Origin: Patescibacteria group bacterium
GTDB lineage: Bacteria; Patescibacteriota; Patescibacteriia; SBBC01; CAIJZX01
Assembly: GCA_038065275.1 (NCBI GenBank)
Contig: JBBTRH010000013.1
Location: 32,106-96,105, forward strand
DNA length: 64,000 bases
Reading direction: 5' to 3'
The notes under the pieces were generated by a model. The model was given only the letters and a program-made list of their open reading frames with translations. It had not been told where the DNA came from and did not search any database. The position numbers were made by a program, and so were the translations under genes. Each line of letters begins with the position of its first letter. Position 1 is the stretch's first letter. Below, piece by piece: positions 1 to 9,198 of the stretch.

Positions 1-16
1 CTATGGTCCGGTGCGA

Positions 17-637
17 TCATCCGCCGCAACTGGCCGGCACTTCCCGCAGGATCGTCTGGAAACTCCTCCGTCCCCGGAAAACCTGGCCGATATACGTCGG
101 GAGTGAACTGCGTTGACGATGCCAGTGTCCGGGCGAGACGGAGAAGAGAATGCTTGAAGAAAATATCTTCTGATCAATGTCGATCTTCTCTTTTTCGAAA
201 TCTCCGGACAGTATCAGCCGCCGATGCGATTTTACCACGGCCCACAATTGAGGCGTCAACGTGTCTTCAACATTCACAATTACCACCGCGCGCTGATTCC
301 AATCTTTCAACGCGCGAAGTGACGTCAAAGGGTCAGTCCCGCGGCGCTTCAACAGCGTCACCAATTGCATCTCTTCCAACACGGCGGCCGCTTGACGGCT
401 GACCCGGCTGAAGTGAGCCGCGGATGGCTTGAGCTGGAGTTCGCTTTGCAACGCGCGGATCGCCTCCCCGGCGGCGCAGATGAAGACCACCCGTTCCCCG
501 CGGCGAATCAGTTCCGCGGTCAGGGCGACGGTAAAAAACGCCGCGCCTGATTTTGACGCGCCGTGGATGAGTAGTGGCCAATCGGAGTCGCTGAAGACCG
601 CCGGCTGGTCTGTCTCGGCGTCAACGGGGATCCACAT
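17..637 (-). CDS. hypothetical protein with a weak P-loop-like motif (HGASKSGAAFF); function unknown
   Basis: 206 aa ORF. A GxSKSG motif resembles a degenerate Walker A. No other motif recognised. Confidence 0.3.
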   Translation of the reverse strand: MWIPVDAETDQPAVFSDSDWPLLIHGASKSGAAFFTVALTAELIRRGERVVFICAAGEAIRALQSELQLKPSAAHFSRVSRQAAAVLEEMQLVTLLKRRGTDPLTSLRALKDWNQRAVVIVNVEDTLTPQLWAVVKSHRRLILSGDFEKEKIDIDQKIFSSSILFSVSPGHWHRQRSSLPTYIGQVFRGRRSFQTILREVPASCGG

Positions 638-691
638 CCGGTCCTAGGTTTGATATACTAGTCATAACGTTTATCATTATATCATCTGCCA

Positions 692-1276
692 ATGAAATAC
701 ACCCTCCCCCAGCTTCCCTACGCCAACGACGCCCTGGAGCCGTTTATCGACGCCAAGACGATGGAGATTCACCACGCCAAGCATCACCAAGCCTACATCG
801 ACAAGCTCAACGCCGTGCTGGACAAGCACCCCGACCTGATCGATACGCCGCTGGAACAACTACTGTCGAAACTGGAAACACTATCTATCCCTGACGCTGA
901 CAAGAAGGCAATCCGCAACCACGGCGGCGGGCACCTTAACCATTCTCTCTTCTGGACGATCATGGGTCCGACCAAAGAGGTTGACCTGCAACTTACAACT
1001 GAAATCCAGGAAACATTCGGCTCGCTGGAGGATTTCAAAAAACAATTCACCGACCAGACCGCGGCCATCTTCGGTAGCGGCTGGATGTGGCTCGTCCGCA
1101 ATAGTGACGGCAAACTGGAAATATATTCGACGCCCAACCAGGATTCACCGCTGATGAAGGGCGACGAACCCATCATCGGGCTGGACGTCTGGGAACACGC
1201 CTACTATCTCAAGTACCAAAACCGGCGACCGGAGTATATTCAGGCCTGGTGGTCGGTACTGAAACTTCTTCCATAA
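692..1276 (+). CDS. sod: Fe/Mn superoxide dismutase
   Basis: Classic Fe/Mn-SOD motifs: HHxKHH, metal-ligand His residues, GSGWxWL, and DVWEHAYY at the C-terminus. Confidence 0.93.
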   Translation: MKYTLPQLPYANDALEPFIDAKTMEIHHAKHHQAYIDKLNAVLDKHPDLIDTPLEQLLSKLETLSIPDADKKAIRNHGGGHLNHSLFWTIMGPTKEVDLQLTTEIQETFGSLEDFKKQFTDQTAAIFGSGWMWLVRNSDGKLEIYSTPNQDSPLMKGDEPIIGLDVWEHAYYLKYQNRRPEYIQAWWSVLKLLP

Positions 1277-1416
1277 ATAAGTGCGGCTGGCCCCGCACCG
1301 GATTCCGAGCGAAGTCGAGGGAGACTGGTGTGGGTGGAACGTCTTAAAACTACTGCCACAACCTAAGCCGAGGCGCTAGTGGTACAAAACGTTATGTTTT
1401 GTGTCGCCGCTCCGGC

Positions 1417-2565
1417 CTACCGTAGCTCGTACGCCGGGGCGTATCCGGTCGCTGTTATTTGCGGTCGAATACGGTACATCGATTGGGTAATATCTACCAC
1501 CGCACACCCTGGGGCGGAAGATGAATTTTTCCGACTATTCAAGGTAATGTTGTTTTGGGTGTTGGCCTTGCAAACCGTACCGCTTCCATACGGACTAGTA
1601 CCGCCAAGAACATATTCGAAGTCACCGTTGCATCCGTCTGTATAATAGCTAGTACAATCATTAACTGCTCCGCTCGTGCATCGACTAATCGGATCGTACC
1701 CGTTTGGACAATAGGTTGCCGTTGATGCGGTATAGACGAGTACGCAGTCGACAAACGGCGCGGGTGATGAAGCCTTATCGAAACAGTACTTGGCAGTCGC
1801 AAGTTTTTGATCGTTAGTCCCAGCGCCTGAAACATCGACGGAGTAGAGATACTGCCCAAGACATTCATCCGAGTTCGCCTTACACACTTGGACTTGCCAG
1901 ATGCCCTTGCTCCGGTTACCCAAAACGATGGAATCGGTAACATTCACCTTCCCACTAAAATATCCCGCCCAGCCTGCCCCGGCTTGCTGGCCGTAGACAG
2001 CGGAGTTATCACCATTAGCATAAGCCGCAATGGCATCGCCGCTACTGCCGGTGCCGGCCAGATTATTGTTGACCACCAGCTTACCGGCCGGGGCAGTAAC
2101 GCCGCCGATCCCGATATTGCCGCCGTTCTTAGCCAGGATGAGGTTGCGCCAGGCAACGGACTCTTCGACCGCGCCGATCTCGGCGTAGGCGGGAGAGGCC
2201 TCGGAATGAATCCCAAGGTTGAGCTTCAGATTCTGGTTGGTGTAACCCTGGATAACCAGTTGGGTGGCGCGGTTACTGCCGCCATTGCTGTCGGCACGAA
2301 CGAACAGTGAGTTGCTGGTGCCGGGGCGAAGGACCAGGTCGCTACTGCCGGCAATATCCCGTCCGGCGTTGCCGATTTCCATGACGCTGTCTCCGGCCAG
2401 GCCCGGGACGATGGCAATCACCCCCTGGTAGACGCTGAGCTTGGCAAACGGTATGCCGCCGGGATTGGTGATCGGGCCGGCGGAGACTAAAGCAACCGAG
2501 CCGAGAAGGCCCAGCACAACTGACGCTGATATGGTTAGGTATTTTGACTGTCGTGATGTGTTCAC
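1417..2565 (-). CDS. secreted or membrane-anchored protein, paralog 1 (shared N-terminal module AGPIT..PFxKLxVYQGVIAxVP..VMEIGNAGRD, Cys-rich C-terminal domain)
   Basis: N-terminal hydrophobic anchor or signal peptide. The first ~90 residues are strongly conserved with ORF 2895..4334. About 16 Cys in the C-terminal 150 aa. GTG start. Confidence 0.6.
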   Translation of the reverse strand: MNTSRQSKYLTISASVVLGLLGSVALVSAGPITNPGGIPFAKLSVYQGVIAIVPGLAGDSVMEIGNAGRDIAGSSDLVLRPGTSNSLFVRADSNGGSNRATQLVIQGYTNQNLKLNLGIHSEASPAYAEIGAVEESVAWRNLILAKNGGNIGIGGVTAPAGKLVVNNNLAGTGSSGDAIAAYANGDNSAVYGQQAGAGWAGYFSGKVNVTDSIVLGNRSKGIWQVQVCKANSDECLGQYLYSVDVSGAGTNDQKLATAKYCFDKASSPAPFVDCVLVYTASTATYCPNGYDPISRCTSGAVNDCTSYYTDGCNGDFEYVLGGTSPYGSGTVCKANTQNNITLNSRKNSSSAPGCAVVDITQSMYRIRPQITATGYAPAYELR

Positions 2566-2597
2566 TATGACTACATCGTACCCGAAAACCAGGAAAT

Positions 2598-2706
2598 GTC
2601 AACCCCGTTAGAGGTGATGGTGGCTAGCAGAAAAAAACAGGCTTATCGAGTTCATCGGCTATACCGCGGTTAGCCCTATTTCGATTTCACCTCTAACGGG
2701 GTTGAC
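2598..2706. repeat. long inverted-repeat element, long variant (GTCAACCCCGTTAGAGGTGA ... TCACCTCTAACGGGGTTGAC; 20 bp arms, ~70 bp spacer)
   Basis: Perfect 20-nt inverted repeat read directly. Belongs to the CCCGTTAGA/TCTAACGGG family also seen at 11064, 34334, 36460, 50223 and 55503. Confidence 0.8.
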
Positions 2707-2894
2707 TATTCCCGGAGCATCCCCAGTATAGCTTGTGTTCTCCTGACCTTGACTAAAAAAATCGGTTTATTTACAAAGACAGGTGCCGCTGGTGATGGTC
2801 GTGCCGCAAGCGACGACCGAGGTGCCGCTGACGCCGAATAGATTTAATGGCGCAGATTATCGATCTCGGACGATCACGAACACGAGCGCCCGTG

Positions 2895-4334
2895 CTACAT
2901 ACACAAACAGTAGCGGGAGCCGACCTGATTTGCGCAAGTGGTGGACACTGACGCTTTTATCCAAGCGCCGATACATATTTGTCCAGCGGACGCGCAAGCC
3001 CCATCACAGGAACCAGAAGAAACCTCGGCACCGGTCACTATTTCGTAGGCGCCTGCTGTATTGCCTTTGGTGGTTCGGCCGACGAACCTCGCGGCAAAAT
3101 TATTACCGCCAGCTCCCGTGCCCTGCTGAACATAGAGCCCGTAAGTTGTTTGCCCCGTGGTCGCGTTCCCACCCTGTGCTTCAATGGCGGCCGGACCATT
3201 TGCCCATAAACCACTGCCCTCATTTGATCCATTGGCTGTGATCGCTGTACCCTTATTGAGAACATTATTGTTGTTATTTACCACCTCCAATGTCGCCCCA
3301 GACCTGCCAGCCCCGACCATTTTTGATGCGCCACTAAAATATCCGGCAAAACCTTGTGAGTTCTCCTGTTGAGCATAAATCGCCGATCCGGCGGCATTGT
3401 TATTATAAGTATCAACCGTATCTAAAACATTCCCGCCGTAACTAGCTGGACTAATGCCTCGCATCACTACAATTTCCGCCTGCGGCCAGACATTTGTCGG
3501 ACCACCCAAACTGACTGGCATTCCGGAAATATTACCGGCTGTTAGCACTTGCTGTAATGTCGGCGTAGCGCCCCCCGGGGGCCAAGAAGAATTACACACG
3601 CCACTTAGACAGAGCGATCCGACCGTCAGTTCGCCGGGGATATTTACTTTACCATTGGTGGAATCAATGGTGAGCCGTTCAAAATTATCATTAAAAATTC
3701 TGAAGTATTTATCGTTACTGTCAATTCTCCAGTCAAGAGTTCCGCCCGTGCCTTTTTGGATGGTCATTTCTCCGCCCTCAATACTGGCTGGAACTGCCGC
3801 GGTTAGCGTCAGGTAATTAGCTGTCAGTTGAGCGGTGTTGTTAAGTATTATGCTGGTAGTCGATGTATTGCCGGTGTCAAGTACTTGTTGGAGGTTTTGA
3901 GAACCCGCCCCCCCGCCTGGCCAGACATTGCGGCAGTCCGCGCCAATACATAGACGGCCGCCTTTAACGTCCCCAACTGTTTCTATTTTACCCGGGATGT
4001 TTAGGCTAGTAACCAGACCGTCTTTATAGAACTTGGCGTAGTTAACTGCCCCGGTATCCAACGATCCCGGCCGCAGGTAGATATCCCCGGTACTGGCGAC
4101 ATCCCGTCCGGCATTACCAATCTCCATCACCGCCGAGCCGTCGGCGGGCACAACCGCGATCACCCCCTGGTACACGCCGAGCTTGGTAAACGGCTGGTTG
4201 CCGGAACCGCCGGTGATCGGGCCGGCCACTACCGGCTGGACGGCGAAAAATATGGCCGCGGCCGCTAAGGAAGCCAGCGCCGCATTTCGGAAAATTCCGG
4301 TTTTTCGCTTTGTCTTAGCCGTAGCCATACGCAT
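2895..4334 (-). CDS. secreted or membrane-anchored protein, paralog 2 (same N-terminal module; internal duplicated LQQVL..GN and C..C..WPGGG repeats; Cys-rich C-terminus)
   Basis: N-terminal TM/signal. Conserved module is shared with 1417..2565. Internal tandem duplication (SQNLQQVLDTGNTST / TPTLQQVLTAGNISG; CIGADCRNVWPGGG / CLSGVCNSSWPPGG). Looks tail-fibre or adhesin-like. Confidence 0.6.
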   Translation of the reverse strand: MRMATAKTKRKTGIFRNAALASLAAAAIFFAVQPVVAGPITGGSGNQPFTKLGVYQGVIAVVPADGSAVMEIGNAGRDVASTGDIYLRPGSLDTGAVNYAKFYKDGLVTSLNIPGKIETVGDVKGGRLCIGADCRNVWPGGGAGSQNLQQVLDTGNTSTTSIILNNTAQLTANYLTLTAAVPASIEGGEMTIQKGTGGTLDWRIDSNDKYFRIFNDNFERLTIDSTNGKVNIPGELTVGSLCLSGVCNSSWPPGGATPTLQQVLTAGNISGMPVSLGGPTNVWPQAEIVVMRGISPASYGGNVLDTVDTYNNNAAGSAIYAQQENSQGFAGYFSGASKMVGAGRSGATLEVVNNNNNVLNKGTAITANGSNEGSGLWANGPAAIEAQGGNATTGQTTYGLYVQQGTGAGGNNFAARFVGRTTKGNTAGAYEIVTGAEVSSGSCDGACASAGQICIGAWIKASVSTTCANQVGSRYCLCM

Positions 4335-4437
4335 ACTGCAGTATACACGATTTCGGCCCGGGTGCTAACCAACGATAGTTGACGGTGTTTGGACTGTCAT
4401 ACCGCCGGGGCCGCGGACCCCGACCCGCCGGCCGGCC

Positions 4438-4698
4438 CTATAGTTCCGGTTCCTGGGATGAAGATTGATCCCGAAAGATGCCGAAATTTTCCAGCGCCCC
4501 GTATTTTTTCTCAAGTTGCCGCGCCGTCGGTTCCTCCGATCCAAGCAGGTCCGTCCGTAGCCAAATTTGATGCAACTCGACGTACCGGCTGGCGTCCTCG
4601 TTAGACCACCCCTGCGATTCTAACCAGCGGATCCGCTGGAACACGGATTCGGCTTCCTGTTGCTGACGCTGGCGGCGTTCTTCGGAGTCCTCGGGCAT
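4438..4698 (-). CDS. hypothetical small protein at the 3' end of the suf operon
   Basis: 86 aa ORF directly downstream of sufU on the same strand. No recognised motif. Confidence 0.35.
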   Translation of the reverse strand: MPEDSEERRQRQQQEAESVFQRIRWLESQGWSNEDASRYVELHQIWLRTDLLGSEEPTARQLEKKYGALENFGIFRDQSSSQEPEL

Positions 4699-4714
4699 AG
4701 TGAGCAGTATAGCA

Positions 4715-5086
4715 CTAGTGATGACCGATCGCTTGCTGGACCGCTTCCAGCGGCAGGGTAGCGCACCTCAGCCGCGCCGGATTGACTTCGACGCCGAGTA
4801 TGGCCAGGATATCGTCGTTGGTCAGCTTGGCGATTTCTGATCGGTTCAAGTTTTTCAACTTCTCGCTCAACATCGAGGCCGACGCCATCGTAATGGTGCA
4901 CCCGCGTCCAGTGAATTTTACATCGCTCACGTTGTCATCGGCGTCAAACACTAAATAAAAATCTAGCTCATCTCCGCATAGCGGGTTGGCCGCGTGGGCT
5001 TTAGCTTGAGCGTCAGGCAACTCCCCGAAATTACGAGGGTGTTTGTAGTGATCTAGTATATTTTGTTGGTACATTTCGAGACTCAT
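4715..5086 (-). CDS. sufU: Fe-S cluster assembly scaffold / sulfur acceptor SufU (NifU-like N-terminal domain)
   Basis: LDHYKHPRNFG, CGD, and GCTISMASASMLSE motifs typical of IscU/SufU. Adjacent to sufS. Confidence 0.85.
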   Translation of the reverse strand: MSLEMYQQNILDHYKHPRNFGELPDAQAKAHAANPLCGDELDFYLVFDADDNVSDVKFTGRGCTITMASASMLSEKLKNLNRSEIAKLTNDDILAILGVEVNPARLRCATLPLEAVQQAIGHH

Positions 5087-6408
5087 GCGAACACCTCTTG
5101 AATTTTTTTAATCCCTCGCACCAACGCGTCAATATCTTCCTTGGTGTTGTAAAGGTAGCATGACGCCCGCGCCGTGGCTACCAATCCGAACTTTTGGTGG
5201 AGCGGCATGGCGCAGTGGTGCCCGGCCCGGACAGCGACCCCCTGCTCGTCCAGGATCGAGCCGATGTCGTGGGGGTGAACCCCGTCAATCGTGAAAGCGA
5301 AGATAGCGCCTCTTCCCTTCCCCTGCTCCCCTTCGGCAAGCTCAGGGTCGCCGCCCCCTTTCGAATTCGGAAGGGGGCTGTCCGTAGGACTGGGGGAAGG
5401 GGTTAGAACCCCAAGCACAGCAACGCCAGGAATCTTTCCAAGCTGCTCCAGCCCATACCGCGTCAATTCCTGCTCATGTTTCCATACATTCTCCATCCCC
5501 AAGTTCGATAAGTAATCCACCGCCGCCCCTAACCCAATCGTTCCGGCAATATTCGGCGTGCCCGCTTCAAATTTCCACGGCAACTCGTTCCATGTCGCTT
5601 TCTCTTTCGTCACTTCCAGAATCATGTCTCCGCCGCGCTGATACGGTTCCATCTGTTCTAACAGTTCCTGCTTGGCGTAGAGCACGCCGATGCCGGTCGG
5701 CCCGAGCATTTTATGTCCGGAGAAAACCAGAAAATCAGCGTCGAGATCTTGGACATCAACCGGCATGTGCGGCACGGATTGCGCGGCATCAACGAGGATC
5801 TTCGCGCCGACCGCGTGCGCTTTGCGCGCCAGCGTTTTGACATCGTTCACGGTGCCCAACACATTCGACATCTGCGTCACCGCTACCAGTTTTACGCCTT
5901 TAAGCAAATCATCAATGTTTGAGAGGTCGAGTTGGCCGTCATCAGTGATGGGGATCCAGCGTATTAAGCCGGCCCCCTCCTCAGTCGAGGAGGGGCGAGG
6001 GGGTGGTGTTGCCAAACCTTGGGCAACCGCAAACCACGGCACAATGTTCGCGTGGTGTTCCATTTCGGACAACAGAATTATATCCCCCGACTTCAGCGTT
6101 TTCCCAAAGCTGTCTGCCACCAAGTTGATTGCTTCGGTCGTCCCGCGGACAAACACAATTTCTTTGGTGGACTTGGCGTTGATGAATTTGCGGATTTTCT
6201 CGCGTGCTCCTTCGTACGCATCCGTGGCTTTCACCGATAATTCGTAGACGCCGCGGTGGACGTTCACACCATATCGTTCGTAATATTCCCGCTCGGCGTC
6301 AATGACCTGTTTTGGTTTCAATGACGTCGCGGCCGAATCTAAATACACCAATTTCGGATGGTGACCGAAAATGGGGAAGTCTTTTTTCAAGTCGGCAATG
6401 TCAAACAT
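5083..6408 (-). CDS. sufS: cysteine desulfurase SufS (class V aminotransferase); ORF may extend to 6456
   Basis: HANIVPW, SGHKMLGPTGIGVLY and RAGHHCA motifs. Likely start is MFDIADLKKDFPIF at 6408. Contains Pro/Ser-rich low-complexity insertions. Confidence 0.88.
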   Translation of the reverse strand: MFDIADLKKDFPIFGHHPKLVYLDSAATSLKPKQVIDAEREYYERYGVNVHRGVYELSVKATDAYEGAREKIRKFINAKSTKEIVFVRGTTEAINLVADSFGKTLKSGDIILLSEMEHHANIVPWFAVAQGLATPPPRPSSTEEGAGLIRWIPITDDGQLDLSNIDDLLKGVKLVAVTQMSNVLGTVNDVKTLARKAHAVGAKILVDAAQSVPHMPVDVQDLDADFLVFSGHKMLGPTGIGVLYAKQELLEQMEPYQRGGDMILEVTKEKATWNELPWKFEAGTPNIAGTIGLGAAVDYLSNLGMENVWKHEQELTRYGLEQLGKIPGVAVLGVLTPSPSPTDSPLPNSKGGGDPELAEGEQGKGRGAIFAFTIDGVHPHDIGSILDEQGVAVRAGHHCAMPLHQKFGLVATARASCYLYNTKEDIDALVRGIKKIQEVFA

Positions 6409-6410
6409 GA

Positions 6411-6803
6411 TTAGATTTTCATCATCCGACGACAGTTTTTGTGTCCGCAGCGGCATCGCACATCTTCGCCAAAGGCCATTTCGTATCCATAATCACTCGT
6501 GATCTCCTCGCCTTTGCAAATGGTCCGAATCGCGCGATCACCCATCCAGCGTCGATCAATGTGCGTATTGGGAAGGCAGGAATGGTTGATGAATCTAGCC
6601 GGAGGAGCATAGAGAATGTACCGGCCACGAGTAAACGCTGAAACATAGGTCTGTTCTTTTCTGGACAGTTTCTTTACCTCCGCGAGAGTTAATATTTTCG
6701 CGCCGATCCAGTGTAAAACAATTTCACCCTTACGAAAACTACGGTTAGCAAACGCGCCCTGTCCATGAATCTTTGACTTCTTCACCACGACGTCGGCGTT
6801 CAT
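6411..6803 (-). CDS. SET-domain protein (putative protein-lysine methyltransferase) embedded in the suf operon
   Basis: NHSCLPN, E..SDYGY and post-SET CRCGHKNC motifs. 130 aa, which is the minimal bacterial SET size. Confidence 0.8.
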   Translation of the reverse strand: MNADVVVKKSKIHGQGAFANRSFRKGEIVLHWIGAKILTLAEVKKLSRKEQTYVSAFTRGRYILYAPPARFINHSCLPNTHIDRRWMGDRAIRTICKGEEITSDYGYEMAFGEDVRCRCGHKNCRRMMKI

Positions 6804-7483
6804 ACCAGAGAAAACTTATTTTTCATCACGTCAATAATTCTGGTTTGCCATATTATATCAAGTTTCGAAAGAATAGCGGTAACGAACCCCTGTACAATCA
6901 TCGCCTCCGCCTGTGCCTCCGACAGCCCCCGCGACATCAAATAAAATTTCTGGGCTGGGTCAACGGGCTTGGCCGTGGCTCCGTGGCTGGCTTTGACTTC
7001 ATTGGCTTCAATTTCCAGGCCAGGAATTGCCTTGGCTTTCGCGTCGGCGGATAATAGGAGAGAATCTTGCTGGAGGAAATCATTACTATTCTGCGCGTTT
7101 TTCAGGATTTTAATCATGCCGTTGAATTCCAGCGATGACTTTCCAGCCAGCACTGCCTTGAACTCGGTTCGTCCCCGAGTATTCGGCGCGGCATGGGTAG
7201 TGTCGAGTTTGAGATTGAGCACATCATCCCCACGGCCGAGAAACAATCCGATAATATCCACCTCCGCGCCCTCGCCCGCTAGAACAATTTCACGATGACG
7301 GCGTTCGGGTAATGACAACAAAACTGGCACGATGTACAAGAGCTTCTGACCGGCTTCAACCGTTATTCGCTTGATAGGTTCGGTCAGGATGTCGACGAAC
7401 GAACTCAGCCTCGTCCTCTCCTCCGATGAGGAGGGGTGGATTGCCGCCTGGCGAGACGGGGTGGTCCAAAAAGCTGTGTTCAT
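6800..7483 (-). CDS. sufD: Fe-S assembly protein SufD (short SufB/D-family protein)
   Basis: C-terminal SufBD-family signature ([32 protein letters not shown]). Sits between sufB and sufS. Confidence 0.7.
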   Translation of the reverse strand: MNTAFWTTPSRQAAIHPSSSEERTRLSSFVDILTEPIKRITVEAGQKLLYIVPVLLSLPERRHREIVLAGEGAEVDIIGLFLGRGDDVLNLKLDTTHAAPNTRGRTEFKAVLAGKSSLEFNGMIKILKNAQNSNDFLQQDSLLLSADAKAKAIPGLEIEANEVKASHGATAKPVDPAQKFYLMSRGLSEAQAEAMIVQGFVTAILSKLDIIWQTRIIDVMKNKFSLV

Positions 7484-8889
7484 CCAACCGACCCTTCCAT
7501 TTCCAACTGAATTAACTTATTTAACTCCACTGCATACTCAAGCGGTAATTCCTTCACGATGGGTTCTATGAATCCACTCACAATCAAACCCGTCGCCGTC
7601 GGCTCGTCCAATCCGCGCGACATCAAGTAGAACAACTGTTCCTCCCCGACTTTCGAAACCGTCGCCTCGTGACCGAGCGTCACTTCCTTAGCTCGAATCT
7701 TCATGGTCGGGTACGTATCAGATCGTGATTTGTCATCAAGAATTAGCGCATCGCACTTCACATTCGACTTTGACCCCTTCGCATTTGGCGCCATGTGCAC
7801 TAGGCCGCGATATGAAGTTCGGCCACCGTCTTTGCAAATAGACTTTGAGGTAATGATCGACGATGTTTCCGGCGCGTTGTGAATCGCTTTGCCGCCAGCG
7901 TCTTGGTGTTGGCCCGCGCCGGCGAAAGCGATTGACAATACTTCACCATGTGCTTTCCGGCCGACGAGATACACACTCGGATATTTCATCGTCACCCGCG
8001 AACCTAAATTGCCGTCAATCCACTCCATCGTTGCCTCTTCTTCGACCCGCGCCCGCTTCGTCACGAGATTATACACGTCGCGCGACCAATTCTGAATCGT
8101 GGTGTAGCGCACGCGCGCGCCCTTAGCCACGAAGATTTCCACGACTGCCGCGTGCAGTGAGTCGCTGGCATACACCGGCGCGGTGCAACCTTCCACGTAA
8201 TGTACGTACGAGCCTTCCTCGGCAATAATCAGCGTCCGCTCAAACTGGCCCATGTTCTTGGCGTTGATGCGGAAGTAGGCTTGGAGCGGCATCTCGACGC
8301 GGACGCCCTGCGGTACGTACACGAACGACCCGCCGGACCAGACCGCACTGTTGAGCGCCGCGAATTTGTTATCATTGGGCGGAATGAGCGCGCCGAAATG
8401 TTTTTTCACGATGTCCGGATAGTCACGAAGCGCCGTGTCCATGTCCGTAAAAATTACGCCCTGCTTACTTAATGAACTAATTAACGAATGATAAATAACC
8501 TCACTATCATACTGCGCCCCGACGCCAGCCAGCCACTTTTTTTCTGCTTCAGGAATTCCTAAACGATCAAAGGTAGCTTTCATTGATTCCGGTACATCAT
8601 CCCACGTCCGTCCCTGCTCGACCACGGGTTTCATGTAATAATATATTTCGTCGAAGTCGATGTGCGACAGGTCGGCTCCCCACAACGGCATCTGTTTTTT
8701 CTTGAACACATTGTACGCCTGCAACCGCTTCTCGGTCATCCAGCCCGGCTCTTTCTTCCACAGCGAAATCGCTTTGACCACGTCTTCGTTCAATCCCCGC
8801 GGCGTCTGGCCGACTGACACGTTGGGCATGCTGAAGCCCCACCGGTAGGTGTCGAGGGATTTGGTTACTTGTTGGGCTTTAGTGGACAT
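7480..8889 (-). CDS. sufB: Fe-S cluster assembly protein SufB
   Basis: 469 aa. Typical SufB N-terminus and a C-terminal SufBD block ([20 protein letters not shown]). Confidence 0.9.
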   Translation of the reverse strand: MSTKAQQVTKSLDTYRWGFSMPNVSVGQTPRGLNEDVVKAISLWKKEPGWMTEKRLQAYNVFKKKQMPLWGADLSHIDFDEIYYYMKPVVEQGRTWDDVPESMKATFDRLGIPEAEKKWLAGVGAQYDSEVIYHSLISSLSKQGVIFTDMDTALRDYPDIVKKHFGALIPPNDNKFAALNSAVWSGGSFVYVPQGVRVEMPLQAYFRINAKNMGQFERTLIIAEEGSYVHYVEGCTAPVYASDSLHAAVVEIFVAKGARVRYTTIQNWSRDVYNLVTKRARVEEEATMEWIDGNLGSRVTMKYPSVYLVGRKAHGEVLSIAFAGAGQHQDAGGKAIHNAPETSSIITSKSICKDGGRTSYRGLVHMAPNAKGSKSNVKCDALILDDKSRSDTYPTMKIRAKEVTLGHEATVSKVGEEQLFYLMSRGLDEPTATGLIVSGFIEPIVKELPLEYAVELNKLIQLEMEGSVG

Positions 8890-9028
8890 TGGTTGGTGTA
8901 GAAAACATCCTTATGATAGAATCTATATAGTTGGTCTGACTTGCAATTTGGCTGCCCCGCAATGGTCGTGGTCCATGCCCGAAGGTCAGATTCATCTAGA
9001 CAGAGCTCGCCAAGTGGAGCCTCGCCAA

Positions 9029-9109
9029 CAGGAGTTGGCGGCTCCACTTGATACCGGACGGGGCGGAACCCCGCATCCGTCCCGCCAGCGGGCGGGACCG
9101 GTGCGCGGG
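9029..9109. repeat. GC-rich structured intergenic element, copy A (CAGGAGTTGGCGGCTCCAC ... AACCCCGCATCCGTCCCGCCAGCGGGCGGGACCGGTGCGCGGG)
   Basis: Near-identical 50-nt core and 19-nt 5' block shared with 63522..63636. Nested stems GTCCCGCC/GGCGGGAC and CCCGC/GCGGG. Confidence 0.7.
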
Positions 9110-9198
9110 TGAGTCACTGGTGGGGTGGTGTCCAGAGACTTTGGGGTTCCACCTTCTGCATCCCGGGCGGCAAGCGCAAGCGAACCGCCCTTCTTTTT

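Noticed and set aside
9040-9110. tmRNA-like 3' end (GGACGGGGCGGAACCCCGC...CCGCCA)
   Set aside because: The stem-loop has a 5-nt loop and not a 7-nt T-loop, there is no acceptor pairing partner or 5' tRNA-like domain, and the same core recurs at 63590. It is reported as a repeat instead.
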